This document shows, one piece after another, positions 19,996-29,392 of a DNA stretch of 64,000 bases; the first letter of the stretch is position 1, and the number at the start of each line of letters is the position of its first letter. The position numbers were made by a program, and so were the translations under genes. The notes beneath the pieces were generated by a model. It saw only the letters and a list, made by a program, of their open reading frames with translations, was not told the origin of the DNA and did no database searches. This stretch comes from an uncultured Chloroflexia bacterium. Lineage in GTDB: Bacteria > Chloroflexota > Limnocylindria > Limnocylindrales > CSP1-4. Where the stretch lies: the NCBI GenBank assembly GCA_963715295.1, contig CAVQRP010000012.1, positions 17,792 through 81,791 of the forward strand, in the 5' to 3' direction.

Positions 19996-21231
19996 CTAGG
20001 GGAAGAAACGTCGGACCACGTCTCGCATGCGATCCCAGCTCTGGGTGCGTGGTGGTGGTTCGTAGCGCTGGAGGTCCTCAGTCGTCACCACTCGGGCGGC
20101 CCACAGCAGCAGACCGATGGCCGTCGAGTAGGACGGCGTGAGCAGGTGATCGGTGAGTCCGCCGACGCCCTCGGGCGAGGCTACCCGCACCGGGATCTGG
20201 AGCACGTCGCGCGCGAGCTCTGCCGCGTTGGCCAGCTGCGAGCCACCGCCGGTGAGCACGAGCCCGGCGGGCAGGCGATGGGCGCTCGCGTTCTTGGTCA
20301 GCTCCTCGCCGATCTTCTCGAACAGCTCATGCATGCGCGCGTCGATGATCTCGGTGACATCGGACATGCGCGCCGGGCGGGCCACGCCATCGTCGATGAT
20401 CTCGACCGGTGCCTCCGTGCTGGGATCGGCATGCCTGGCTTCGGCACTCCCGAAGCGCATCTTCAGCTGCTCCGCCGCCGTCAGGTTCGTGCGCAGCCCG
20501 ATGGCGATGTCGTTGGTGACATTGACACCGCCCAGCGGGATGACCGAGGTGTAGAAGGGCGAGCCCTCAGCGTAGAGCGCGATGTCCGTGGTGCCGGCAC
20601 CGATGTCCGCCACGGCCACGCCCAGCTCGCGCTCGGTCTCGCTCAGCACGGCCTCACCCGAGGCGACGGACGAGACGACCAGCTCGTCGGGCCGCACGCC
20701 GGCCTGGCGCACGCACTTGGTCAGGTTCTGCAGGGCGGTGGCGCCTCCGTGGATGATGTGCGTGGTGACCTCGAGGCGGATAGCGCTCATGCCCTCCGGG
20801 TCCTTCACGCCCTCCTGGCCGTCGACGGTGAAGTCGCGCGGGAGCACGTGCAGCACCTCCCGGTTCGATGGGATGGTGACCGCGCGGGCGACCTCCGTGG
20901 CACGCTCGATATCCTCGCGCGTGACCTCTCGATGGGCACCGCTGACGGCCACCGTGCCACGCGAGTTGAGCGACTCCAGGTGATCGCCGCCAACGCCTAC
21001 GAAAGCAGCTTCGAGGCGCAACCCGGAAAGGCGCTCGGCCTGCTCGATGGCTCCATGGATGGAGCTCACCGTCTGGTCGATGTTGTTGACGAGGCCCTTC
21101 TTGACGCCTGTCGTCGGCAGCGTGCCCTTGCCGATGATGTCGAGTGCACCATCGTTGGTGACCTCGCCGACGAGCACGACGACCTTGCTCGTCCCGACGT
21201 CGAGCGCCACCAGGATCGCTTCGATCTCCAA
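19996..21231 (-). CDS. ftsA: Cell division protein FtsA
   Basis: 411 aa with the actin-like ATPase motif VALDVGTSKVVVLVGE and ...DIGAGTTDIA... Confidence 0.95.
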   Translation of the reverse strand: MEIEAILVALDVGTSKVVVLVGEVTNDGALDIIGKGTLPTTGVKKGLVNNIDQTVSSIHGAIEQAERLSGLRLEAAFVGVGGDHLESLNSRGTVAVSGAHREVTREDIERATEVARAVTIPSNREVLHVLPRDFTVDGQEGVKDPEGMSAIRLEVTTHIIHGGATALQNLTKCVRQAGVRPDELVVSSVASGEAVLSETERELGVAVADIGAGTTDIALYAEGSPFYTSVIPLGGVNVTNDIAIGLRTNLTAAEQLKMRFGSAEARHADPSTEAPVEIIDDGVARPARMSDVTEIIDARMHELFEKIGEELTKNASAHRLPAGLVLTGGGSQLANAAELARDVLQIPVRVASPEGVGGLTDHLLTPSYSTAIGLLLWAARVVTTEDLQRYEPPPRTQSWDRMRDVVRRFFP

Positions 21232-21332
21232 GTGATTCCCTTCCCTGCGCGCCGGCCTCTCGCCGGCCCGGTGCGTCCACGCACCACGGCTCCTACATTG
21301 TGGGCGATGCGGCGCCGCTTCGCAGGGCGAGG

Positions 21333-22268
21333 CTAGCCCTGCTCGTCACGCTTCTTGTCGAGGAGCTTGGCAGTCCCGCAGGCGTCGTCGGAGAGCGCCA
21401 GCCAGACTCGCTCCAGTCGCTCCTCCTCCTCCGTCGCCAGCGTCCAGCGCAGGCATTGCACCTGGCGTGGCACGACGTCGGGTGGCTGCACGAAGGGTGT
21501 GTAGCGGCCGAACACGGCGTCCCAGCCTCCGTCCGTGCTCTCCAGCACGTAGCCCTCGTCCTCGTCGACATACAGCCGCAGCTGCTGCGACTGGCTGCCG
21601 AGGAGCTCGGGGGAGACGGCCAGGAGCTGGCGCATGACGGCCAGGTCGTCGCGATCGAGGTAGCTGCCGACGGTCGTCGGCTGCGGCGGGAAGCGCGTGT
21701 CCTCGACGACGGGCAAGGCGGCTCGCGCTGCGGCGCCGGCACCGTACTCGCCGCTGCCGGACAGGGCCGGGTCGGCCTGCGTATCGGGGCTGGCTGTCAA
21801 CGCCGGTTGGCCGTCGGCTGGACGGAAGAGCATGCCGGTCTCATCGACCAGCCACGACACCTCGCGGTTGCTCCAGATGAAGATGGGGTCGCGCTCATCG
21901 AGCGCCACGCTGACCTGCGCCGGCAGCGACACGGTGGCGTGTGCAGCATCCACCTCGGTGAGCAGTGAGAGGTCCCTGACGATGTCGCTGGCGCGGACCC
22001 GAAAGACGTTGGGGGCGCGGTCCAGCTCTGTCAGGTAGTCCCGTACCTCTGCCTCCTGGGCATGGCGCAGACCCTCGAAGGTGACGCTCTCCTCGGTCAC
22101 CGTGAACGCATCGTCGGTCAACAGCCAGAAGAGCAGCGCCGTCAGGCTGACCATGCCCAGCGCACCGAGCATGCGCGCGAAGGTACGACGGCCACGGGTC
22201 GATGAGGACGGCGCGCTCGTGCGGGGCGCGATCACGCCCTGCTCACGGCGCGATGCGTGGCGGGTCAC
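21333..22268 (-). CDS. ftsQ: Cell division protein FtsQ/DivIB (POTRA domain)
   Basis: Single TM (LGALGMVSLTALLFWLL) followed by a POTRA-like region. Its position is between ddl and ftsA, with a GTGA overlap with ddl. Confidence 0.8.
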   Translation of the reverse strand: MTRHASRREQGVIAPRTSAPSSSTRGRRTFARMLGALGMVSLTALLFWLLTDDAFTVTEESVTFEGLRHAQEAEVRDYLTELDRAPNVFRVRASDIVRDLSLLTEVDAAHATVSLPAQVSVALDERDPIFIWSNREVSWLVDETGMLFRPADGQPALTASPDTQADPALSGSGEYGAGAAARAALPVVEDTRFPPQPTTVGSYLDRDDLAVMRQLLAVSPELLGSQSQQLRLYVDEDEGYVLESTDGGWDAVFGRYTPFVQPPDVVPRQVQCLRWTLATEEEERLERVWLALSDDACGTAKLLDKKRDEQG

Positions 22269-23395
22269 GGCAGGTCGCCGGGCACCAGGCGGTGGCTGGG
22301 TCGGTTCGCGGCGCGCTCGAGGGCAAGCTCCACCACTCGCTCACACGTGGTGGCGAAGTCGAACCCGCCCGCCGCCGTCATGCGCGGGAAGAGGCTGATC
22401 GGCGTGAAGCCGGGGATGGTGTTGATCTCGCTGATGTACGGGATACCGTCGGCCGAGAGCAGCATGTCCACGCGTGCGAAACCGGCCGCACCGATGGCCA
22501 GGTAGACCTCGACCGCGGCACGTCGGATGGACTCGGCCAGCTCCGGATCCACGTCTGCCTGGGCAAAGGTGATGCTGTCCTCGGAGCGGTACTTGGCCAC
22601 GTAGTCGTAGAACTCGCGGGCAGGCCTGATCTCCCCAGGTCCGTAGGCCACGACGTCGAGACGGGTATTGCCCATCACGCTGGTCTCGAGCTCACGCGGA
22701 TGATCGAGGTAGGGCTCGACGACGGCGAGGTCGTCGTAGCGGAAGGCCTCGGCCAGGGCGGCGCGGAGCTCGGATCCGTCGTCGATGTCGTGGACGATGC
22801 TGATGCCGATGCTCGAGCCCAGGCGTGCGGGCTTGACGATGAGACGGTGGTCGGTGAAGCCATCAGCGAAGGCGCGCAAGCCGGCCTCCACCTCGTGTGG
22901 CTCGGCCGCGTGCTCTGCGGCGCGCACCTCCGTCCACGGCAGCATCGGCAGCTCCAGCGTGCCGCAGACACGTTTGAAGAGGGACTTGTCCATCCCGACC
23001 GCCGACGCTGCAGGGCCGGCGCCGCAGTAGACCAGGTTGGCCGACTCCAGCAACGACTGGACCTGCCCGTCCTCCCCGAACGGGCCGTGCAGAGCAGGAA
23101 AGACCACCGGTCGTGGCTCGCTGGCAGCAAGGACGTCCAGCGCCGCAGCCGCCGAGAGTGGGCCTCTGGCACCCAGGCCGGCCGGGTCCCCGAAGGCCGA
23201 CAGGGGCAGTGCCGGGTCAAGGGCCGCGACGGGCAGCGGCCACCAGCCGCCGTCGAGGTCCAGCAGCCAGCCGCTGACGTCGTGGCCGCGCTCTGCCAGG
23301 GCGGCCGCGATGGCTCGACCCGATACCAGCGAGACATGGTGCTCAGCCGAGGGCCCGCCGAGGAGAACGGCCACACTCGTGGCTGGCAGCGTCAT
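22265..23395 (-). CDS. ddl: D-alanine--D-alanine ligase
   Basis: ALHGPFGEDGQVQSLLE and ISEINTIPGFT, an ATP-grasp Ddl pattern. Confidence 0.95.
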   Translation of the reverse strand: MTLPATSVAVLLGGPSAEHHVSLVSGRAIAAALAERGHDVSGWLLDLDGGWWPLPVAALDPALPLSAFGDPAGLGARGPLSAAAALDVLAASEPRPVVFPALHGPFGEDGQVQSLLESANLVYCGAGPAASAVGMDKSLFKRVCGTLELPMLPWTEVRAAEHAAEPHEVEAGLRAFADGFTDHRLIVKPARLGSSIGISIVHDIDDGSELRAALAEAFRYDDLAVVEPYLDHPRELETSVMGNTRLDVVAYGPGEIRPAREFYDYVAKYRSEDSITFAQADVDPELAESIRRAAVEVYLAIGAAGFARVDMLLSADGIPYISEINTIPGFTPISLFPRMTAAGGFDFATTCERVVELALERAANRPSHRLVPGDLP

Positions 23396-23426
23396 GCGCG
23401 CGGCCCCTTGCTGTCAGCGCTGCTGC

Positions 23427-24389
23427 TCATGTTCCCTCCCCTGTGCCGTCCGGATCACCCACGAACTCGACCTCGTAGCTGAGCTCGATGCCGCGCTCTC
23501 GCCGGACCGTCTCGCGCACCAGCTCAGCCAGCCCGCGCACGTCGGCCGCAGTGGCGCCGCCGGTGTTGACGATGAAGTTGGCGTGGCGGGGGCTCACCAT
23601 CGCCCCGCCGAGGCGACGCTCCTTGAGACCCAGCTCATCGATGATGCGGCCTGCCGACCCGCCTTCCGGGTTGCGGAAGACGCTGCCGGCCGACTTCTGG
23701 CCGACGGGCTGGTGTGCCTGTCGCCAGCGACGGATGTCGTCCAACCGCGCGGAGATGGTATCGGAGTCGGCCGGCTCCAGCGCGAAGGTCGCCTGCAGCA
23801 CCACCTCGGGGCGACCGGCGACGGCGTGCTTGAGACTGGTCTCGCGATAGGCCATGCCCAGCTCGTCAGGCCCGAGGGTGCGCTCCTGGCCATCGGCGCC
23901 GATCACCTGCGCTTCGACGAGGATGTCGCGGACCTCGGAGCCGTGTGCACCGGCGTTGGCCCAGACCGCGCCACCGACGGTGCCGGGGATGGCCAGTCCG
24001 AACTCCAGGCCAGAGAGCCCTGCAGACTTGCTGGTGGTGGCCGCGCGCGCCATCTGCAGGCCGGCGTCAGCGATGAGCCGGTCACCTTCGATCCGTTCGG
24101 CGGCCGCGCGGACCACGACGACCAGGCCGCCGATGCCGGCGTCGCTGATGACCAGATCGGAGCCGCGGCCGATGAGGAACAGCGGGATGTCGCGGGTGCG
24201 GGCGAAACGCACGATGCCACGCAGCTCGAACGGATTGCGCACCTCGGCGAACAGGTCGGCAGGACCACCTACGCGCATCGTCGTGAACCGGGCCAGGGGC
24301 TCGTCCCGTGAGGTCTTGATGCCCAGGCGACGCTGGATGTCGGTCCCGAGCTTGAGCTGCTGCTCCAGCGTCAGGCGTGCCGCGCTCAC
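23427..24389 (-). CDS. murB: UDP-N-acetylenolpyruvoylglucosamine reductase
   Basis: FTTMRVGGPADLF and SAGSVFRNPEG. Confidence 0.95.
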   Translation of the reverse strand: MSAARLTLEQQLKLGTDIQRRLGIKTSRDEPLARFTTMRVGGPADLFAEVRNPFELRGIVRFARTRDIPLFLIGRGSDLVISDAGIGGLVVVVRAAAERIEGDRLIADAGLQMARAATTSKSAGLSGLEFGLAIPGTVGGAVWANAGAHGSEVRDILVEAQVIGADGQERTLGPDELGMAYRETSLKHAVAGRPEVVLQATFALEPADSDTISARLDDIRRWRQAHQPVGQKSAGSVFRNPEGGSAGRIIDELGLKERRLGGAMVSPRHANFIVNTGGATAADVRGLAELVRETVRRERGIELSYEVEFVGDPDGTGEGT

Positions 24390-25540
24390 GGCTGGGACCC
24401 GGCGATCGCTTCCAGCTCGGCCGCGCTGGGCAACGGCTCACGCGTGGCCAGCAGCTCCAACAGCCGCACGCTGGCCTTGGCAGCCCCGGGACGGGCGACC
24501 CGGAAGGCAGCAGCCGACATCGCCGCGAGACGATCGCCCAACAGCAGGTCACCAGCTCTGCGCAGGGCGTCGCCGTCGAAGTCCTCGTCGGCAACGAGGA
24601 TCGCCGCCCCGGCCTCGACCATCTCGGCCGCGTTGGCGCGCTGGTGGGCGGCGGCATGCGGATACGGCACCACCACCATGGGCAGCCCGGCGGCGGCGGC
24701 CTCGGCCAGCGTGGAGGAGCCCGCGCGCCCGACCAGCAGGTCGGCCGTCGATCAGCGCCGCCGCCATCTGGTCGTGCAGGAACTCGAAGGGGCGGTAGTG
24801 GTCCTGCTGTGCAGCCGGCAGCCCGGCGCGGAGGGCCTCCGCCGCGGCCAGGGCAGCGGAGCCGGTGACATGGACCACGCAGCAGCCTTGAACGAGGTCG
24901 GCGATGGCGTCCGCGATGGCGTCATTGAAGCGGCGCACCGACTGGGGTATCCGCCGAAGACCAGCAGCACGGGCGCGCCGGGCGGGATCCCCAGGCGCTC
25001 GCGGGCGGCGGCCTTGTCGTGCGCGCCCAGCTCACGGATGGGGGTGCCGGTGACGAACGTCGGTGGCGGCAGGCGATCGCGGGTGCCCCGGAAGGTGACC
25101 GTTCTGGCGGTCGCCAGCCGCGCGCTCAGGCGCACGCTGCGACCGGGGATCTGGTTGCCCTCCCAGATCAGCGAAGGGATGCGCAGCAAGGCCGCCGCGG
25201 CCAGTACCGGGATGGCCACGTAGCCGCCGGTGGTGTACACGACGTCAGGACGCCAGCGCAGCAGACGAACGAGCGCCTGCGGTACGGACGCGGCCAGGCG
25301 CAACGGGTCGAGGATGGTGTTGACGGAGGCGTCGACGGTGCGCAACGAGCGCAGCCAGAGGCGCTCCAGCGGCAGGCCGGCCGCGGGCACGATGTCGGCT
25401 TCCAGGCCGCGATATCCACCCAGCCAGCGCAGCTCGAGGTCAGGCAGACGGGCCCGCAGCTGGGTCACGACGGCCAGTGCCGGGTAGATGTGGCCGCCGG
25501 TGCCCCCCGCCGCGACGAGGATCCTCATGCGCGCTGTCAC
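24386..25540 (-). pseudogene. murG: murG (undecaprenyl-PP-MurNAc-pentapeptide GlcNAc transferase), frame disrupted as sequenced by two 1-nt indels
   Basis: MurG homology runs through three track ORFs. 24752..25540 carries ILVAAGGTGGHIYPALAV...VLLVFGG. 24549..24938 carries VRRFNDAIADAIADLV...LHDQMAAALID. 24386..24679 carries MVVVPYPHAAAHQRANA. The shifts lie at about 24944-24947 and 24745-24746. Confidence 0.9.
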
Positions 25541-26930
25541 CTCGGGTAACGGTCTCTCGGGAGATGGACAACAGGATACCGACCGCAGCCAGGGCGACCA
25601 CCAGCGAGGTGCCGCCTTCGCTGAGGAAGGGCAGCGGCATGCCGGTCATGGGGATGAGCAGGACGACCACGCCGATGTTGATGAAGGCCTGGAAGGTCAG
25701 CCAGGCGGTGATGCCCAGGGCCAGCAGGCCACCGAAGGTATCGGGTGCGTGCATGGCGATGCGCATCCCCCGCCAGGCCAGCAGCAGGAACAGCCCGATC
25801 ACCAGCAGGCCCCCGATCAGGCCCAGCTCCTGACCGACGACGGCGAAGATGAAGTCGTTCCTGGCAGCCGGCACTTCCAGCCCCGTCGGCTGCTGGCTTA
25901 CCCCGAGGCCCCTGCCGGTGATGCCGCCGGCCGCGATCGAGTAGAGGCCGTAGGCGGTCTGCCAGCCGCCGTCCTGGACGTATTTGAACGGATCGAGGAA
26001 GACCTCGACGCGCTCCATCATGTAGGGCTTCATCATCACCACGCCCGCCACCGCGGCAAGGCCGAGCGGCATCATCAGCACCATCTGCCAGATGCTGCCG
26101 CCGGCGACGAAGAACATGGAGAAGGCGGTCAGCACCAGCACACCGGTGGTGCCCAGGTCCGGTTCCAGCAGCACCAGCGCGGCGATGACGCCGACGACGA
26201 GGCTGAACGGCACCAGGCCACGGCGGAAGGACCCAACCTCCCGGCCACGGGTGGAGAGCCAGTGGGCGGCGAACACGACCAGCGCGATCTTGGCCACCTC
26301 GGTGGGCTGGAACGTGGGCAGACCGCCGATCTGCAACCAGCGCGTGGCGCCGTAGGCGTCGACCGGCCGGATCAGGGGTGGCAAGCTGGGCCCGACGACC
26401 ATGGCCAGCAGCACGACCGCGACGACGAGGCCCATGACGGAGAAGGAGCGCCAGTAGCGATAGTCGATGCGTATCGCCGCCAGGAGGACCAGCCCGCCCA
26501 GCAGACCCCAGCCCAGCTGTGTCGTGACCGAGCCGAAGAGGTTCCCCTGTTTGATGGCGTCATCGTGACCGGTGCTGGAGAAGACCATCAGGATGCCCAT
26601 GGCCGTGAGGGCGACCGCCACCACCATCAGCACGTAGTCCGGCTCATGTCGTTCCCGCTGTGGCCCCTGCACCACGCGACCGGGCGTGCGGTCACGGGCG
26701 GCTTCGCGCGAGGCGTGGCCGGCGGTGCGCGTTCGCGGCTGAGGCAGGCCGGTCGCGACGGCCGCCGCGTACGGGACGCTCGGTCGGCGGCCACGGTTGG
26801 CGTCGCGGCGGTCAAGGGGCTTCTGCGCCCGACCGCGAGCACTGCCGGCGGGGGTCTTGCGCGGCCGGAAGGCGCTCGGCGCCACCTCGCGGCGTCGCTC
26901 GTCATCCCACGGGAAGCGCAGCGCTTCCAT
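25440..26930 (-). CDS. ftsW: Peptidoglycan glycosyltransferase FtsW (SEDS family) with ~110-aa Arg/Pro-rich N-terminal extension
   Basis: FQPTEVAKIALVVFAAHWL, NDFIFAVVGQELGLIGG and LPFLSEGGTS. The start overlaps the murD stop (TGATG). The 3' end overlaps murG by 101 nt. Confidence 0.9.
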   Translation of the reverse strand: MEALRFPWDDERRREVAPSAFRPRKTPAGSARGRAQKPLDRRDANRGRRPSVPYAAAVATGLPQPRTRTAGHASREAARDRTPGRVVQGPQRERHEPDYVLMVVAVALTAMGILMVFSSTGHDDAIKQGNLFGSVTTQLGWGLLGGLVLLAAIRIDYRYWRSFSVMGLVVAVVLLAMVVGPSLPPLIRPVDAYGATRWLQIGGLPTFQPTEVAKIALVVFAAHWLSTRGREVGSFRRGLVPFSLVVGVIAALVLLEPDLGTTGVLVLTAFSMFFVAGGSIWQMVLMMPLGLAAVAGVVMMKPYMMERVEVFLDPFKYVQDGGWQTAYGLYSIAAGGITGRGLGVSQQPTGLEVPAARNDFIFAVVGQELGLIGGLLVIGLFLLLAWRGMRIAMHAPDTFGGLLALGITAWLTFQAFINIGVVVLLIPMTGMPLPFLSEGGTSLVVALAAVGILLSISRETVTRGDSAHEDPRRGGGHRRPHLPGTGRRDPAAGPSA

Positions 26931-28405
26931 CAGCCAACCCTCTCGTCGGCCATGCGCGCGACCGCCCGCTTGAAGGCGGCTCCACGCGCTTCGTAGTCGC
27001 TGAACATGTCGAAGGATGCGGCCGCGGGGCTCAGCAGCACCGTTGCAGGCGCCCGCTCTCGCGCGATGGCGGTGGCACGGCTCACGGCCTCGTCCATGGA
27101 GTCGGCACGCTCGATGCGTGCGAGGCCGGCTGCACCGAACGCTGCTGCCAGCTCCGCCGCAGTCTCGCCGATGAGCACCGCGGCGGTCACCCGCTCCGCG
27201 ACCGCCTGCGCCAGCGCATCGATGGGATTGCCCTTGGCACGGCCGCCGGCGATGAGCACGAGCGGCTGCTCGAACGAGCGCACGGCGGCGATGACCGCAT
27301 CCGGCTGGGTCCCCTGGGAGTCGTTGACGTAGCGAACGCCGGCAAGCTCGGCCACCGGCTCGAGGCGATGTTCCACGCCACCGAAGGAGCGCACGGCGGC
27401 CGCGATGGCAGACGGCGCGATCCCGCTGATGAGACCGACCGCGACCGCGGCAAGGACGTTGGAGATGCTGTGCTCTCCGGGCAGCGGGATGTCAGCCACG
27501 GCCAGGATGTGGCGGTCAGCGGTGGCTCCCGGCATCTCGGCACCGGCCACGACCCAGCCGTCGACGACGCCGACCCCATCCGCTGCCGGGGTCGAGCGGG
27601 CGTAGGCGACGGTGCGCCGCCCCAGCGGCGCCCGATAGGCGGCGACCACGGGGTCGTCATCGTTGCGCACGAGCGTGCCGTCGGCTGGCAACAGCTCCAG
27701 CAGGCGCCGCTTCACCGCGCGGTAGGCGGCCAGCGACCCATGCCGGTCCAGATGGTCCGAGGTGACGTGCGTGTAGACGGCCACATCCGTGCCCCGTGAC
27801 AGGGTGGGCAGCTGCAGCTCGGACAGCTCCAGCACCACGCGGTGGGATGGGGTCAGCTCCGGCAGGCGTTCGATGAGCGGGACTCCGATGTTGCCGCCCA
27901 GGACGACGGGCGCAGCACCGCCGGCCAGCACAGCCGCGGCGAGGGAGCTGGTGGTGGTCTTGCCCTTGGTGCCGGTCACGCCCACGGTCGCGGCCGGGCA
28001 CAAGCGCAGGAAGAGGTCGACCTCGCTCACGACGGGCGTCCGACCTTCAGCTTCGAGCTCGCCGAGGGCAGCACGCAGGCGGGGCTCGGTGGTCGGGAAA
28101 CGGCTGCTGACCGAGGGTGAGGTACAGATCAGCGACTGGCCCTCGAGGGCGTCACGAGGCTCCACCGACGGTCCCAGCAGCAGCCGCGGGTGGCGGTCAC
28201 CCAGCGCCGCGAGAGCGTCAGCGAGCTCGCCTGCGGGGCGATGGTCGTAGACCGTCACCTCCGCGCCCCGGTCGACCAGGAAGCGCGTGAGTGCCAGGCC
28301 ACTGCGCGCGAGCCCCAGGACGGCGACGGGCCGACCAGCGAACGCCTGCAGGTCGAGCTGGTCGAGGTCAAGGGCCGGCGGCGTGGGGGTCGTCATGGCG
28401 GTCAA
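26930..28405 (-). CDS. murD: UDP-N-acetylmuramoylalanine--D-glutamate ligase
   Basis: [16 protein letters not shown]-loop, a Mur ligase middle and C-terminal pattern, and position between mraY and ftsW. Confidence 0.95.
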   Translation of the reverse strand: MTAMTTPTPPALDLDQLDLQAFAGRPVAVLGLARSGLALTRFLVDRGAEVTVYDHRPAGELADALAALGDRHPRLLLGPSVEPRDALEGQSLICTSPSVSSRFPTTEPRLRAALGELEAEGRTPVVSEVDLFLRLCPAATVGVTGTKGKTTTSSLAAAVLAGGAAPVVLGGNIGVPLIERLPELTPSHRVVLELSELQLPTLSRGTDVAVYTHVTSDHLDRHGSLAAYRAVKRRLLELLPADGTLVRNDDDPVVAAYRAPLGRRTVAYARSTPAADGVGVVDGWVVAGAEMPGATADRHILAVADIPLPGEHSISNVLAAVAVGLISGIAPSAIAAAVRSFGGVEHRLEPVAELAGVRYVNDSQGTQPDAVIAAVRSFEQPLVLIAGGRAKGNPIDALAQAVAERVTAAVLIGETAAELAAAFGAAGLARIERADSMDEAVSRATAIARERAPATVLLSPAAASFDMFSDYEARGAAFKRAVARMADERVG

Positions 28406-29392
28406 CTCAGCAACCCGACCGTCGCCATGTAGAAGGCCACGCCGACCAGGGCCGCCAGCGCCCCGATGATCCAGAAGCGGAGCGTGATCTTCTCCTCGTC
28501 CCAGCCCAGCAGCTCGAAGTGGTGGTGCAGCGGCGACATGCGGAACAGCCGCTTGCCGCGGAGCTTGACGGACGCGATCTGCAGGATGACCGAGCCGGTC
28601 TCGAGCACGAACACGAGCCCGATCAGCGGCAACAGCAGGACCTGGCCGCTGATGAGCGCCGTCACCGCCAGCGTCGCCCCCAGCGCCAGCGCGCCGGAGT
28701 CACCCATGAAGATCTGCGCGGGATGCACGTTGAACCAGAGGAAGGCGGTGATGGCGCCGATGATCGATGGCGCAGACCACCGCCAGGTTGGGCTGGCCGA
28801 AGGTGTAGGCGATGACCATGTAGCCGGTGAAGGCGAAGATGAGCGTGCCGCCGGAGAGCCCGTCCAGGCCGTCGGTGATGTTGACCGCGTTGCTGGTGGC
28901 CACGATGGCGAAGGCCGCGATGAGGATGTAGACGATGGGGTTGATGGCCACCGCCCCGATGAACGGCACCACGATGTTGGTGATCTGGTAGGTGTCCTGG
29001 ATCTGCCACGCAGCCACGCCACCCACCACCGACTGCCACAGCAGCTTCTGCGTGGCGCTGATGCCATCACCGGTGCGAGCGTTGAGCCAGTCATCGGCCG
29101 TTCCCAGCGCGCCCACCAGGGCCAGCGTGGCCAGCGGCGCGAAGGTGGAGCCGTCGAGGAAGTCCTGGGTCGTCAGCTCCAGCACGATGGCGATGCCGAT
29201 GACGACCGCCACGATGAGCAGGCCGCCCATCGTAGGCGTGCCCTCCTTCACGTAGTGGGTCTCCGGGCCCTCCATCCGGATGCGCTTGCCCATGCCGAGG
29301 CGCTTGAGCAGCCGGATGAAACCCGGCATCAGCACGACCACGATGGCGAACGCCAGCAGGATGCCCTGGACGATGGACTCGCCGCCGGTCAC
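28402..29392 (-). pseudogene. mraY: mraY (phospho-N-acetylmuramoyl-pentapeptide transferase), frame disrupted as sequenced by one extra base
   Basis: The N-terminal two thirds lie in ORF 28700..29392 ([15 protein letters not shown] ... [11 protein letters not shown]). The C-terminal third lies in ORF 28402..29094 ([29 protein letters not shown]...HHHFE). The junction is atc-G-atc-atc at about 28765. Confidence 0.9.

Noticed and set aside
24745-24947. Programmed ribosomal frameshifting as the explanation for the murG, mraY and sdhA frame changes.
   Set aside because: There are no slippery heptamers or stimulatory structures at the junctions. These gene families are not known to use recoding, and the murG pair is a compensating indel pattern more typical of consensus errors.
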